A stretch of DNA of 64,000 nt from Elsinoe ampelina (taxonomy: Eukaryota), in contig ML992506.1 in NCBI GenBank assembly GCA_010093995.1, positions 1-64,000 of the forward strand. Direction: 5' to 3'. This document shows, piece by piece, positions 11,703 to 24,489 of the stretch. The translations under genes and the position numbers were made by a program. Positions within the stretch are counted from its first letter, which is position 1; every line of letters starts with the position of its first letter. Under the pieces are notes generated by a model that did no database searches, was not told where the DNA came from, and saw only the letters and a program-made list of their open reading frames with translations.

Positions 11703-12524
11703 TCAAGCTTTTTGGTCTTCCTGAATTAATTGAGCAGTGGCAGATGCAATGACGGCAACAATAGCATCTCTCGCTCGCTGTAGACTCTTCTCATCCGTCT
11801 CGCCTGGCACGTGACAGAACAGCACGTTGGCCTTCTCGCCCTTCTTCCACTTGTTTGCCAGGCTCTCATAGTAGATGAAGCCACAGCAATATGTTCCTGC
11901 CTCTTCGTGCTGCTTGATCACAATCTCCTTGTCTTCTTCAGCAGCAAAGGCTGTCTGACTCCGGAGCACCGTCTTCGCCCTGTCGATGGTATCGTCAATA
12001 CTGAAAGCCGGTGCCAGACCAATGGGTACCCCATCCCATGGACAAGGGCCCAAGTCGAGAACCGTCTTGCCAGCATTATCCTTGGTAGTGTAATAGCCAG
12101 TCCGCTTATCGGCATTCTTCGCCCATGAGGAAGTCATGATTTGCTTGTAAGCACACCGCTCGACAGACACAAAGTCCCATCCGTAAGCCATGCCAATGTG
12201 GAGGTACAGGTCGTATTGCTTGCTGTCTGCATGAAGCTTCTTGACATAGTCGCGAATGTATGCATACTCGGTCTTGACGTAGGCATCGGGAGCAGCAGTG
12301 GGGTTGATTATGTTGATCTGAACATCTCCAGGGTTCGACGAGCTGCGAGGAGCAAGTTGAGACGGTAGCAGCTTTGTAACTTCATGTGATGCATTCTTCT
12401 CAAACTTCTCGCCATCGCCAGAAGGGAATGGCTGTCACGTGTCATCATCATGCGAGGACATGTTTAGACTGATCAAAAAACTTACCCCGAACCCCGTTAC
12501 GAAGACGTTGAAGACTGGGGCCAT
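11703..12524 (-). CDS. Pyroglutamyl-peptidase I (MEROPS C15); intron 12432-12485
   Basis: Spliced N-terminus MAPVFNVFVTGFG|PFP. Also NAS, LHIGMA, VERCA (Glu), AGTYCCGFIYYESL (Cys) and VLFCHVP (His). Confidence 0.88.
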
Positions 12525-12908
12525 GACGATGGAATTCCTGCGATTCGAAGGTCGCAATTGTTTTGGTATATGGGAGAGATGGGGCGCAGGAGCAAGCACA
12601 GCGGATGAAAGTGAAGCAGCAGAAGATCATCATCTCGATCTGCCTTACGCCCAAGGCCTTTCCGCACATCACAAGGCAGTCATGCGGAGAATCAAAAGTG
12701 CATTAGCATCTAGACAACATTATAGTAAAGTGTCTCGGAACTCCTTGACCCTCGAAATGAATTCCAGATCTAAATCACCTCCGTCTCAAATGCCCTTTTT
12801 GTCATGAGAAGTGTATGTGCCCGGCCCACAATCGTTGAAAGCCACCGGAAAATGCCAGTCATGAAAATGCCTCCTGCCTGTCCTCTCATGTCGTGTCGAC
12901 TCCAGAGT

Positions 12909-13633
12909 CTACAACGCGACCGCAAGACCTGCCACCGCCATAGCACCAAGCGAGTAGCCCGCGAGCTGGAAATGACTGGCACCGCCTGTCGCAGCAGGCG
13001 CTGCCGATGCAGTGCCCGAAGATGAACGGGCAGAGCCTGAAGCACTCGATCCAGACCCGGTTCCTGACGACCCCGATCCTGAGCCTGATGTGCCAGTCGG
13101 GGAGGCTTGTGTACTGTTTCCTGCACCACCTGTAGCTGTTGTTAATCCCGATCCCGTGTAAGCAGTCGTTGTGAATGTGGCCGTCTTGCTGCAAGAGCAA
13201 GACTCGTCATAGTATTGGGAGGTGTAGGTGATGTTGCTGATCGGGTAGGCACCCTTACCAGTGGCAGAAGCCGATGGAGAAGCCAATGCTATAGCATGTC
13301 AGAGTTTTGTTTAGCCATCCTCGCTCTTGGTATCACTCACTGACGGTCACGCCGGCATTCTTGCAGACGGACGTGAATGCCTTTTGTGCCGCGTCCACAT
13401 TGTCTCCACAGAGGTCGATCAGCTTGTCGTTGAACTCGCTCGACTTTTTGCAGATGCCTTGAACATCGGCTGGGTTGGCGTTGGTGCTGTTCCTCCGTCA
13501 GAACTGCTTGTTTACTCTCTGCGGCCGGAACTTACTTGACTACTGCCAATAAACACGCTGGAGGAGCCTGGGCTGATGCCAATTGAGCGGCGACCGCAAA
13601 GGCGGCAAAGACGAATGAGGCTTTGGCAAACAT
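12909..13633 (-). CDS. Secreted Ser/Thr/Gly-rich GPI-anchored cell-wall protein with small Cys-containing N-domain; introns 13487-13535 and 13289-13340
   Basis: Signal peptide MFAKASFVFAAFAVAAQLASA, then PPACLLAVVNTNANPADVQGIC...C...C, a S/T/G stalk and a hydrophobic C-terminal GPI signal (GAMAVAGLAVAL). Confidence 0.85.
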
Positions 13634-14205
13634 GGCTGCGAGAAGATTGTCGAAGTAGGTGTCCAAGATCAAACTCCGAGAAAAGGTGTAAATACAACTG
13701 AGAGTCCGTGTAACGAGTGACGGTTGGCTGAGATTGCGGCTGTGGCTGAAGGCAAAGGAATGTGGTGTTCGGCTCTGTATGATCAACGGGCCCAAATGAG
13801 TGTAGGGACGCTGGTAGGTTGGACCGAAATTAACGAGAGACTGTCGTTGACACAGGAAATTGCAGGTGAGGGAGTTGGGAAACGAGAAGAGGGCTTTGGG
13901 ACGAGACGAGGCTTTGAAAGGCTGATGGCCCGCGAAAAAAAGGAGACGAGGCGCATCCAGAAGGGAAAAGCGCGCGGGTACCTGGAGCTAGCACGACGAG
14001 GACCAATCAGACTCTCCAGTCCAAACAGTTCGCTGTCAGGGCAAAAAGTTTAAATGATTCAAGCACATGCGGGAATGATGCTTCAACCTCATGCAAAGGA
14101 CAAGGCAATTCGTTATTCATGTGATCTAATATCTATAGGACTCGTGATGACCATCAAGCACCCAAGGATGCTGGTAACAATCGAGCGAGCCGACCTGAAA
14201 ATCCA

Positions 14206-15828
14206 TCATCGCCTAGAGGCATTGACGAGTGTCTCGAGATGGATAGTCCACTTCTTCCTGAACTCTCCCTCTGTGAACCTCCTTGCACTCTTCCTTGCTC
14301 GGAGTCGCATGGCCAGTGTCTCTTCTTTGCTCATGCTTAGCGCCTTCCCAAATCCTTGGGCGAACTCTGTCGCAGTGCTGGCGTGGAACCCTGTCGGCTT
14401 CCCATCAACATCAACAACAATGTCCTCCTTCGGCCCACCACTATCGTTGACTACACTGATCAATCCCGCAGCTTGATACTCGACGACACCAATACCAAAG
14501 TGCTCATTCCACATGCCGTTCACACCAACCCAGGATGTCCGTAGCCAGTCCAAAATTTGACTCCACTTTGCATTCACCACAAATTCGACCTGATCGGCGA
14601 CACCAGCCTCGCGTGCCAGGACTCTCAACTTGTATACCAGCATCTTGTCCGTGTCATCTCGCACCGATCCGACCAGTACCAGCCGTGGCGTATCCCCAGG
14701 GATGGTAATTTTTCCTCTGCCCTTGATGAACTCGGAGAAAGCATCGATAATGTGTTGATGATTCTTCTCCGGTCTGAACTGGCTTATGTAGATTAGATCT
14801 CGCCTCCTGCTCTTTTCGGTATTCACGTCCACGTGTATGATCTCCTCCAGCTCTTCGACCGCAACCGGGGGAAAGACAACCTCAATGTCACTCTTCTTGC
14901 CCTGCCTGCGCCTTGCCGGATCCCAAAGGTACATGATGTGTCCCATTGTCCAGCTGCTATTCGTCATTACCACATCCACACTGCCTCCTGCCCATGAATA
15001 GAGCAGAGCAAACAGCTCCCAGTATGTCTTTTTCGCCTTGCCCCGCCAACCTTTGCCCATTCCAGCATTGACCCCTTTGCCGCCCGTGTCATCTGAAAGG
15101 CTTCCCAGCATATCTGTACTGATCGTCGGATAGTGGACATATGCACCCGTTGGGACGTTCGGGAATAGCCATTTGCAAGCTTTGAGTGCGAAGGCGTAGC
15201 CCATTGTGTCTATGAAGACGTCTGGGGCCATCAGGTTGAAGGCGTCCCAAGCAAGCACAATGCTGCCCAAGCTCTGACCCAAAAGGGTAAAGTGTGGCCA
15301 TGTTGACGCAAGTACATAGTGCCGCGTGCTGAGATAGAGGAAAACGACTCGTGGTGCGTGTAGGCGAATGTTGAATCTGGTTTCGACATTCTGCAGCATG
15401 GCTCGCTTATCGACATCGTGGTCGCCGGTGTAGACTACGCACAAAGCCTTTGGATATCTCGATTGTGTTGCACGTATTGCCGCCCAAAGCACTCTTTCTC
15501 CCCCTCCTCCAGCGTTGCAGAAGGGGTGGAAAAAGCCAATCACTCCCTGCCATTGCCCCGCCTCTTGCTTGCCATTCTCGCTAGATGGGAGGACGGCCGA
15601 GGATTCGAGCTTCTCCCAGTCAGAATCGTCCGGACCAGATGTCCATGATGGTGGAAGAGAGACTTCTTCGCTTTCGGCGCGTGAGAAGAGCAGCTCGCGG
15701 CGAGGAGCAGTCCGTGAATGGATGGTGCCGCCGAGGATGCGGAGGATGGTCTGAACGAGGTAGGGAAGTATGAAGAGCGGTAGGACTGTGGCACCCAGGA
15801 AGAGTGTGAGAAGCACAGGGGTCGACAT
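14206..15828 (-). CDS. ALG11: GDP-Man:Man3GlcNAc2-PP-Dol alpha-1,2-mannosyltransferase (GT4)
   Basis: GFFHPFCNAGGGGERVLW, DTMGYAF, YVHYPTISTDML, QFRPEKNH and MWNEHFGIGVVE (EX7E) motifs; N-terminal TM segment. Confidence 0.96.
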   Translation of the reverse strand: MSTPVLLTLFLGATVLPLFILPYLVQTILRILGGTIHSRTAPRRELLFSRAESEEVSLPPSWTSGPDDSDWEKLESSAVLPSSENGKQEAGQWQGVIGFFHPFCNAGGGGERVLWAAIRATQSRYPKALCVVYTGDHDVDKRAMLQNVETRFNIRLHAPRVVFLYLSTRHYVLASTWPHFTLLGQSLGSIVLAWDAFNLMAPDVFIDTMGYAFALKACKWLFPNVPTGAYVHYPTISTDMLGSLSDDTGGKGVNAGMGKGWRGKAKKTYWELFALLYSWAGGSVDVVMTNSSWTMGHIMYLWDPARRRQGKKSDIEVVFPPVAVEELEEIIHVDVNTEKSRRRDLIYISQFRPEKNHQHIIDAFSEFIKGRGKITIPGDTPRLVLVGSVRDDTDKMLVYKLRVLAREAGVADQVEFVVNAKWSQILDWLRTSWVGVNGMWNEHFGIGVVEYQAAGLISVVNDSGGPKEDIVVDVDGKPTGFHASTATEFAQGFGKALSMSKEETLAMRLRARKSARRFTEGEFRKKWTIHLETLVNASRR

Positions 15829-16835
15829 GATGAGCGCAACGGCGGTGAAGGCGCAGGGGAGGGTGACGAGCTGTTGCTAATCAGTTGCACCGCCAGCTCG
15901 ACTCGACAACAAGCATGTATGTCATGCAAAAAGCTGTGCCGTCATGCTGTAAACAAGTTCTTGTGGTGGACCGGACGAAGGAGATGGATATGAGTGTTTG
16001 TTAGTGAAGATGAAAGTGACTCGGACTCTTTATTTCTGAGCCCTGCAGCAGCTGCAATTCAAAGAGCCCGAGCTTGCATCTTGTGACGTCGTGTGGGGCA
16101 TCCCGTGGGGGCTTCTTTCTGTCAAAATTTGTCCTCCTGAGAGCTTCACCTTTTGCACAGTCTAGAACGGATCAATACAATGCTGCTTGTCGCCTCTGTC
16201 GCCGAGAAGTCTACCGCTTCGTGGTTAGAAGTGATTGCCGGCTACGACCCCGGAGCCCGCAAGTCTCGATGTAACGATGTCCGGTCCTTAAAGCGCCCTG
16301 TCATTCGAAGATACCTAATACAGGCACTGTCGTAAACTTCAGCATCCACGCAACGCCTCCGGTAGGTCTTCAAGGTGGAGTACTAACATCTACCATGGTA
16401 AGATTCATCGTGTCGTTTCTATATCCATCGGCTGGACGTAGCTTTAGTGTCGGTATAGTTGCCTACTCTCTCAGGCTTCGAGCTTGAGTCGCGTCTTCTC
16501 CAGGCCTACGGTACTTCGCGATCGACAGTCGATACACATGTTGCCGCCAACAAAAATGAAAGCAGACGCTGAGAAAGCGCAGTAGAAATCTCCCAGTCAG
16601 CATGCCATGTCATCTCTACATGATCAAGTCAACACGGTGGAGCCCGCGGAACCCGGCAAGACATGCTCCGATAGGTATATATTCAGCGGCTGAAAGAAGC
16701 TCCATCACGGACCCTGAACTCGCATCCATCTCCGGCCCCTCAATCCCGATAAATCTACCATCACGTTTCTGCATAGGGGTGGAGCTGCGATCTCCAGATC
16801 TGCATTCAGGACCAGTTTATCCTCTCACATACGCC

Positions 16836-17883
16836 ATGGCTGCAGCGTTCATAAGAAAGACAGCGTCTCGTCCTGTTCTGCTTGGTGTAGCGGCTTGTGG
16901 TCTGTCGGCCACTGGCTACCAAGGCATAACAAGATACAACACTGCCATCGAAGTACGCGGTCGAGGAATCGACAGCCAGTTCACCATTGCAAGCGTCAAT
17001 GAAGCGAAAACAACGTTCCCGGGATCTGGCTTCACCAAATTGATCCTGCAAGATTCGCACATGGTCAACCATAACGTCAAGTATCTCCGCTTTAGATTAC
17101 CTGAAGGCGATCAACAAAGCGGTATTCAGACCATCAGTGGGTTCCACTAGTGACACAGTGCTCACCACTAACTTAGAGAAGCATCCTTACTCACGACTCA
17201 CACCCCCGATGGTGCTTGGATCCCAGTTTTCAGACCGTACACCCCAATTGATGCCGGTATGTCCGGACTGCCATGATATATCTTATCTGCAGCTTATTAT
17301 CTTAGATGAACCTGGCTACTTATCCTTCCTCGTTAAGCAATATCCAAATGGCAAAGGTTCCAGCCACATGCACTCCCTGAAGCCCGGCGACGAGCTGAAA
17401 GTCAAACCCATCCACGAATTCGATTACAAACCGAACGAGTACTCACATCTCACAATTCTTGCCGGCGGAGCTGGAATCACACCATTCGTTCAGCTCATCC
17501 GGAGAGTGCTGAACGATCCATCCGACAATACCAACATTCACCTCGTCTTCTCCAATAATAGCGAGGATGACATTTTGCTCAAGTCAGAGTTCGACAAGTT
17601 TGCCGCAACCAAGTCAGACAGGTTCACTGCCACGTACGTGGTATCTCAACCAGCCTCCTCGACCGACTCCAGGATTCAGAGAGGCCATGTCACTCGGCCC
17701 ATCGTTGAGCAAGCACTACCTGCCAAGGGAGATTGGACAAAGTCAAAGGTGCTTGTTTGCGGGCCTCCACCGTACATTGAAGCAGTGGCTGGTCAAAAAG
17801 GTGGCTTTGGATGGACCCAAGGCTCACTCGGTGGTATACTGAAAGCGATCGGGCTTGAAAAGAACCAAGTACAGAAGTTCTAA
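16836..17883 (+). CDS. NADH-cytochrome b5 reductase (Mcr1-like); two introns near 17138-17177 and 17257-17305
   Basis: Spliced RPYTP FAD motif, VKQYPNGKGSSHMH, AGGAGITP, NNSEDDILL and VLVCGPP; N-terminal targeting/anchor-like segment. Confidence 0.88.
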
Positions 17884-18050
17884 TAGAATCTCCAAAGCTC
17901 GGACGACTCGTCGGTAGAAAGCAGTGGTAGTTCGGCTCTCGCTACAATGTCAGTCCGATCCCTTTCCGCCGACGATCAAAAATTCCATGTGCATTCGGCC
18001 TTGGGCATGCTTCTTCTTCTATGCGAAATGAACCAAGAAAACGTAATACG

Positions 18051-18259
18051 CGGCTAGAAATTTCCGGGGTCACGCGTGGTAGATCAAGGGACACCCCACC
18101 GGGGATCTGCTCTTTCCCGCACATCATCATGCCCTTTACAGCAGGTTCCTGACAGTCCGGAAGAACTACAAACCTTCAAACCCCGCAACTACAACATGGA
18201 CCGTCACGTCTTTTTACCCTACCGTGATAAAATCTCTTGACCTGGATGGATCGGCTAAT
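18051..18259 (+). promoter_or_regulatory. Putative XlnR (GGCTAR) and CreA (SYGGRG) sites upstream of beta-galactosidase
   Basis: CGGCTAGA at 18051 and CGGCTAAT at 18252. SYGGRG matches (either strand) at 18064, 18094, 18099 and 18181. Confidence 0.5.
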
Positions 18260-18308
18260 ATTAAAGCGAAAGCATTCGCTCTTCCGCCACAGAGGTAAGT
18301 CCGCAACC

Positions 18309-21300
18309 ATGAAGCTGGTGAGTCTCCTACTAGGTCTGCTGCCTCTGCTGGCGCAGACGCAAAAGACAAACAATTTGACAGACCTTGTTGCGTGGGATCC
18401 TTACAGTTTGTACGTCCAAGGCGAGAGGGTATTCATCTACTCGGGCGAGTTCCACTACCAGCGACTCCCTGTGCCGGAGCTTTGGCTAGACGTCTTCCAA
18501 AAATTCAAAGCAAATGGGTTCAACACTATCAGGTATATCTATCTCTGCGCCTTGACTATCGAGTTCTGACTTGACCAGCGTCTACTTTTTCTGGAGCTTC
18601 CATTCTCCCGTGAGAGACGTGTACGATTTCGAAAGTGGTGCCAAAGACGTTCAACGTATGCTCGATTATGCAAAGCAAGCCGGTCTATACGTGATCGCCA
18701 GGTCAGTCAGAAAACATCTCTTTACATTCAAGACTGACACTGTATTAGAGCTGGACCATACAACAATGCCGAGACATCCGGTGGTGGTTTCGCTCTTTAT
18801 CTTGGTGACGGATCGGGCGGTCGCCTCCGCACCAACGACGCAAAATACTACGCCCAGTGGCAGCCATGGATTGCAAAGATCGGCAAGATCATTGCAGCCA
18901 ACGAGATCACAAATGGTGGCCCAATCATCTTGACCCAGGTCGAGAACGAGCTCACTCAGACGAGGCACATTCCAGACGACCCTCTCGTGCTCTATATGGA
19001 GCAAGCGAAGAAAGCCTATCGCGATGCAGGAGTGCTAACGCCGTTCACTCACAATGAGAAGGGTATGCGTGGTCAGAGCTGGTCCGTCGATTACCAAAAC
19101 GTTGGAGGAGCTGTCGATGTCTATGGGCTAGACTCGTATCCAGGTGGAACAGACTGTGCCAGGCCAGCTGCTGGGTACAACGTGGTCAGAACCTACTACC
19201 AGTGGTTCCAGAACTACAGCTTCTCGCAACCAGAATTTACTCCAGAGTTCGCCGGCGGCTGGTTCCAGCCGTGGGGTGGATACGACTACAACGACTGCCC
19301 TTCAACGCTCAGTCCTCGATTTCCGGATCTCTATTACAAAAACAACATCGGTCAGAAGATGGTTCTACAGAATTTGTACATGGCCTTTGGCGGTACCAAT
19401 TGGGGTCACTCTGCTGCTCCGGTGGTCTTCACTTCTTGTATGTGTCATTCTAGCGCGGCTCGCGGATCAAGCTAACATCCGACCAGATGACTACAGTGCT
19501 GCCTTGCGCGAGACACGCCAGGTCAGGGACAAGCTCAGCCATAACAAGCTTATCGGTCTCTTTACTCGTGTCTCTTCAGGGCTTCTGCGGAACGATATGG
19601 AGGGTAACGGCACGGCGTATACCTCCAACGCTGCCGTCTTTACCTGGTCACTCCGGAACGCGGAGACTGGTGCTGGATTCTATATCCTCAACCAGAATCG
19701 ATCCACCTCGCAAGACTCTGTGACCACGAATCTAGATGTCGAAACATCTGCAGGAGCCTTCACTCTGACCAATATCAATCTCAATGGACGCCAGAGTAAG
19801 ATTATTGTCACCGACTATCCTCTCACTTACAGCACGCTGCTGTACTCATCTACTGATATTGCCACCTTCGGCACTTTTGGGGAGCGCGATGTCGTTGTTC
19901 TCTACGCCGAGGCCGGTCAAACCAGTTCCTTTGCCTTCAAAGACACCGCACCTCTGTCATTCGAGATATTCGGAGCTACCGTGGACATCACCATCGGGGC
20001 TGCCAACACGACCAACACAACCACGTCTTACACTTACAGTCAGCCAACTGGTTACTCCGTCGTATCATTCAACAATGGGCCCCTGTTCTACCTCTTCGAG
20101 TCACCTGCAGCTTACAGGTTCTTTGCCCCGCCCACCACGTCCAATCCTAACGTGCTTCCATCCGAGCAGATCTTCGTCGTTGGTCCTTATCTTGTTCGAT
20201 CTGCCTCTCTCAACGACGGTGTTGTATCTGTCATTGGCGACAATGATGATGCTACCACTATCGAGGTTTATGCTGGCGCCGGAGCAACAACAATCACTTG
20301 GAACGGTCAAGCTCTCGAGACCACCAGAACACCGTACGGCGCCCTCACCGCAGCACTTGCTGGCCCTGCGGCTGAAGCTTCAGTCGATCTTCCTTCTCTC
20401 GGCGAATGGCGATCGGCCGACTCTTTCCCAGAGGTATCACCTGACTACGACGATTCAGCGTGGACAGTCTGCGATCGTAACACAACCCAGTCACCTGTTC
20501 GACCAATCACTCTGCCGGTCCTGTTCGCATCTGACTATGGTTACCATGCTGGAATCCGCATCTATCGTGGCCGCTTTGACGGCACAAATGTTACAGGCGC
20601 TAATCTCACTGCCTCCGGTGGACTCGCCTTTGGCTGGAACATCTACCTCAACGGCGCTCTAATTGGCACTGAGCTCGGCAACCCATCCAACACCACAACG
20701 TCTCTCACAGTGTCTTTCTCTGGCCAAGATCTCCAAGCGAAGGACAATCTCCTCACCGTTCTAATTGACTACAGTGGTCACGATCAGACATCGACGGCTC
20801 AAGGTGTCGCTAACCCACGAGGCCTTCTCGGAGCTACTCTCCAGGGCGGTGTCTTCACCAGCTGGAAGCTTCAAGGCAACGCCGGTGGCGCACAGGGAGC
20901 CTACGACCTGGACCCCGTCCGCGCTCCCATGAACGAAGGCGGTCTTCTTGCAGAACGTCTCGGCTGGCATCTGCCCGGGTTTGATCCGGCAACAAATCTG
21001 CCGGATGGCAAAGGTATTGCTTTCTCTGCAGGTAGCCCCGTCACGGATGGTGTTCAAGGCAGTGGCGTCAGATATTTCTTCACCGATGTCGCATTAGACT
21101 TGCCAGATGGACATGACATTCCGCTGTCTGTACAGCTCACGGCATCCAAGACAACAAAGGCTAGAATACAGCTGTTCGTCAACGGATACCAATTTGGCAA
21201 ATTTGTCCCGCACATCGGACCTCAGACCGTCTTCCCGGTGCCCGAGGGTATCCTGAACCACAGAGGGAATAACAGGATTGGTTTGACCATCTGGAGTCAG

Positions 21301-21441
21301 ACTAATGAAGGAGCTAAGCTTGACGACATTAAGCTGGTGAGGATGGGGGCGTACAGCAGCGGATTCGCTGCCTTCAAGGAAAACAGGCTTAGCGAAGGGC
21401 TACAACCGGGCTGGACGGCAGAGAGATTGCAGTATGCATAG
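18309..21441 (+). CDS. Secreted GH35 beta-galactosidase (multi-exon)
   Basis: Signal peptide, [29 protein letters not shown] (acid/base), TPEFAGGWF (nucleophile) and [11 protein letters not shown]-terminal jelly-roll domains ([13 protein letters not shown]). Three GT-AG introns restore the frame. Confidence 0.95.
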
Positions 21442-22835
21442 GACGTAGGGTGCGGCGCCCCATAGTACACAACAGAGCTCATACTCCGAGATTGTCGAAT
21501 ATGTAAGGCCCGGGATGTCCATTCTTGTGAGGAGCGAGAAATGTGTAGCCAGGGGTAAGCTGGTCCGGAGACAGTATGTCAACATCAATGATAGGTACTA
21601 GTATGTCAGGTCTCTGGATTGCATTGTGAGTCCATGTGACTGCAGCATCTCGCAGCCGGGTCTAGAGCCTTACACTTTGAAAGGTCTGACTGGAAGCTTT
21701 GGCTGCGTGCGTTGCCACTACGCAGTATCCCATCAATGCCTGGATTGTCAAGACTGCGGAGAGCCTCATCATTGCAACCCAGCCTACAGCGAAACTCGAA
21801 AGTGTCGAGTGCTAACTTACAGTGTTTGGGCCGCATTCGAAAACGACTTCTGCTCCTCAGTCCGGAATGAGTGCAGAGGCACGGCCGTCGCATGTTACAG
21901 TACCGAGAGCATGGCAAGCAGCAGCCAGCTGGAAGATTGTCATCCAGCCAGATGCGGTGACGGCCACAATTGGATGACCGTACGAACCAATGGGATGGGG
22001 TGGCGGTGATGTTGGACCGAGATTCATCCCTTGGTCGGGCTCGAGGTTGTGCTGGGCGCGTCCGCTTCGTCCCGATGCTCAAGTCGCTTTTCGTTCTTGA
22101 CTTCCAGGATCGATTTCCGCTGTCTAATAACTCGCCACGCAACTGTCCCTGGATTAGAACACCGAGCATCGCGACTTGTTGACTGGCCATTGAGATCGAC
22201 GCAAGCGGCACCTGAGATTATGCATCTTCGCTTGACCCGCGTCCAGCTACTCCCAACTATACTGTTTTCATCAACCAGGCCTTCAGGCATCCCATGTACA
22301 TCACAGCCTTTCGACCTGCGGCTTCCCGTGATACTCGCTCATTCTCGATGCAAGCTGCTGCAAACTATACAGAGTGGTTTTTGCTGCTGCATGTGCGAGC
22401 TACCAGACCCGATTCGGGCGTGATAGCGAACAGGTAGGGCGGCAAAATGCAGCCAGCCCTGCAGACGACCAGGTCATATGGTTTTCCAAGGCGACTCAAT
22501 CTGGTTGGTACTCTAGACTTCCTTCGTGATTCGATCTTCGGACTTCGAGCTGAGTTCTTGGACAGCCCGCCATGCATGAGGTGTGGGCGAGGGCTCGTCC
22601 TTGTCCTCGAGCTAGCTCGACGATCAAGTCCCCATGCGTACGGCGATGGGTACTTGGTTCTGCAACAGCTTCTCTTCCACGCGGGATTGTCATGACGACT
22701 CGGCAGAACGTCACTATATATCCTCTTTAAAGGCACTGTGACCCGTTTCTGTTATTTAGGCCATGTGGTTCCTTCACCATCTCTCCCTACATACACAATT
22801 GATGACTACTGACTCTTCTTTCCTGCCTATCAGCC

Positions 22836-23979
22836 ATGGAATCGATGCAGGCTTCTTTGTTCATTGCCAGTATCGTCATAGCCGTGCTGAGTAGTCTCGT
22901 TGTAGGGCTACGATGTATTGCAAGGGCTTTAATTCGCGGGTTCTGGATCGACGACTATCTCATGATAGCTACTCAAGTGCTGTTTATTGCCACTTGCGTA
23001 CTATCGGCGACGGCGTCCGTGGATGGCATAGGTGTTCGGGATCAAGATCCCGCCACAGGATACGCAGGACCAAGGGATTACAGCGCTGCACGACAGGTAT
23101 TGACTACTTCCTCTGACGGATTGCGAGGCTCCTCTGACCTCGCATAGAAAGCTTGGATATTCCAGATCACCTATAGCTTCACGTTGGCTTTCGTCAAGAC
23201 AAGTATCGCCCTGGCTCTCTATCGTATCACTACCAGCAAGCTCATCAAGGCCTACCTCTGGTTCGTCATCTTCATTTCCGTTGCAACTGGTTTCGTCATC
23301 CTCGGGGTTTCTCTGTCCCTTTGCAACCCTTTGTCTGGCGTATGGGACCTTCGGATATCTCATCAGGTGTGCTCTCCCTCAATCGGCAAGCGAGTAAATG
23401 GTGTCTTCATATTCGCAGCCATTTCCGCCATCATCACCGACTTCTCTTGCTCCATCATACCATATATCATTATCTGGAATCTCCAGATGGCGAAGAAAGT
23501 CAAGATACAGCTTTCTTCGGTCCTGGGCTTGTCCTTCATGCAAGTGTCTCTCCGTTTCAGTCTGCCATCTCGCTGACCTCTCCAGCGCTTGTGCTGCCAC
23601 TCTGGTCCGGATGAAGTACATCTCACGCTACACTCCCGGCAAAGACTACCTCTGGGGTCTCGCCGAACCATATCTATGGACACTCATCGAATGCGGAGTA
23701 GCCATTATTGTCGGCTCCATCCCCTCCCTACGACCCTTGGTGAAGAGGAGCACGATGATCTCAACGGATCAGAAGAGCAAACCGGTTTCAAGGCGGGCTA
23801 CCATACCACACGAGACCCCGAGGGTACCCAGTCATCGGTCGCAGATCATCTTGCATCCTCGTTTGAGGCAAGGCGGCAGCGATTCGTATGAGCTGCTGAA
23901 CTCGGAGGCCGATCTATTCAAAACGATCACCACGACCAGATTGGAGATGGGAGAAGCGCCAAAGGACCAGTGGTTCTAA
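22836..23979 (+). CDS. PTH11-like (rhodopsin-domain) integral membrane protein without CFEM; introns ~23097-23146 and 23540-23585 (GC-AG)
   Basis: VGLRCIAR, WIDDYLM, KTSIAL, CNPLSGVWD, ITDF, IIWNLQM, LGLSFIACAATLVR and IECGVAIIVGSIPSLRPL. Confidence 0.88.
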
Positions 23980-24489
23980 TTTGGAAGTTCTGTACAGTAG
24001 CCATGATAACTTGATATTACGAATGAAGTAAAGTCTTGCAATCTGCGGCGCGGAAACTTGACACTGCCTTTACTGCGGGCATTTAAACACAGGCAGTTCC
24101 AGCTCACTGACTTGTGTCCAGCTCTTACCGATCTGATAAGTGATCTCATGCGAGTTTTTATGTGATTTGGTAATGCTTCTTTACGGCGGCGGCAAAAGAA
24201 GCCATTTTGCTTATGGTGAAGGCTCGGATGGATGGACAAGATGCTTGACAATCAGGACACAAGGCATAGGGCAAATTCACGACGAAGCTGAAGTACAGTC
24301 TGGGCACTAGCCATACTTGGGTCATTCGCTTCCGCATCGCAAGGCAGAAGAGCGTCGTTTGACTAGGAAATGCAGTGCAGAATGAAGGGAAAGGAGCTGA
24401 GGTCACACCACAATCAGGTACGAGAAAGACTTGGGTGCAAAGACTCCATTCAGCAGATTCTGCATCCTGATGATGTGCCCTCCAAGAAT

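Noticed and set aside
11703..12524. Functional link between pyroglutamyl peptidase and Gln-initiated secreted proteins in the window
   Set aside because: The peptidase lacks a signal peptide (cytosolic), and there is no evidence beyond co-occurrence.
19784..20662. 292-aa alternative-frame ORF inside beta-galactosidase
   Set aside because: Leu/Ser/Pro-rich off-frame by-product of codon bias.
21606..22736. Cys-rich 127-aa ORF and neighbouring 120-200 aa ORFs
   Set aside because: Non-ATG or poor starts, no signal peptide or domain, mutually overlapping; treated as intergenic.
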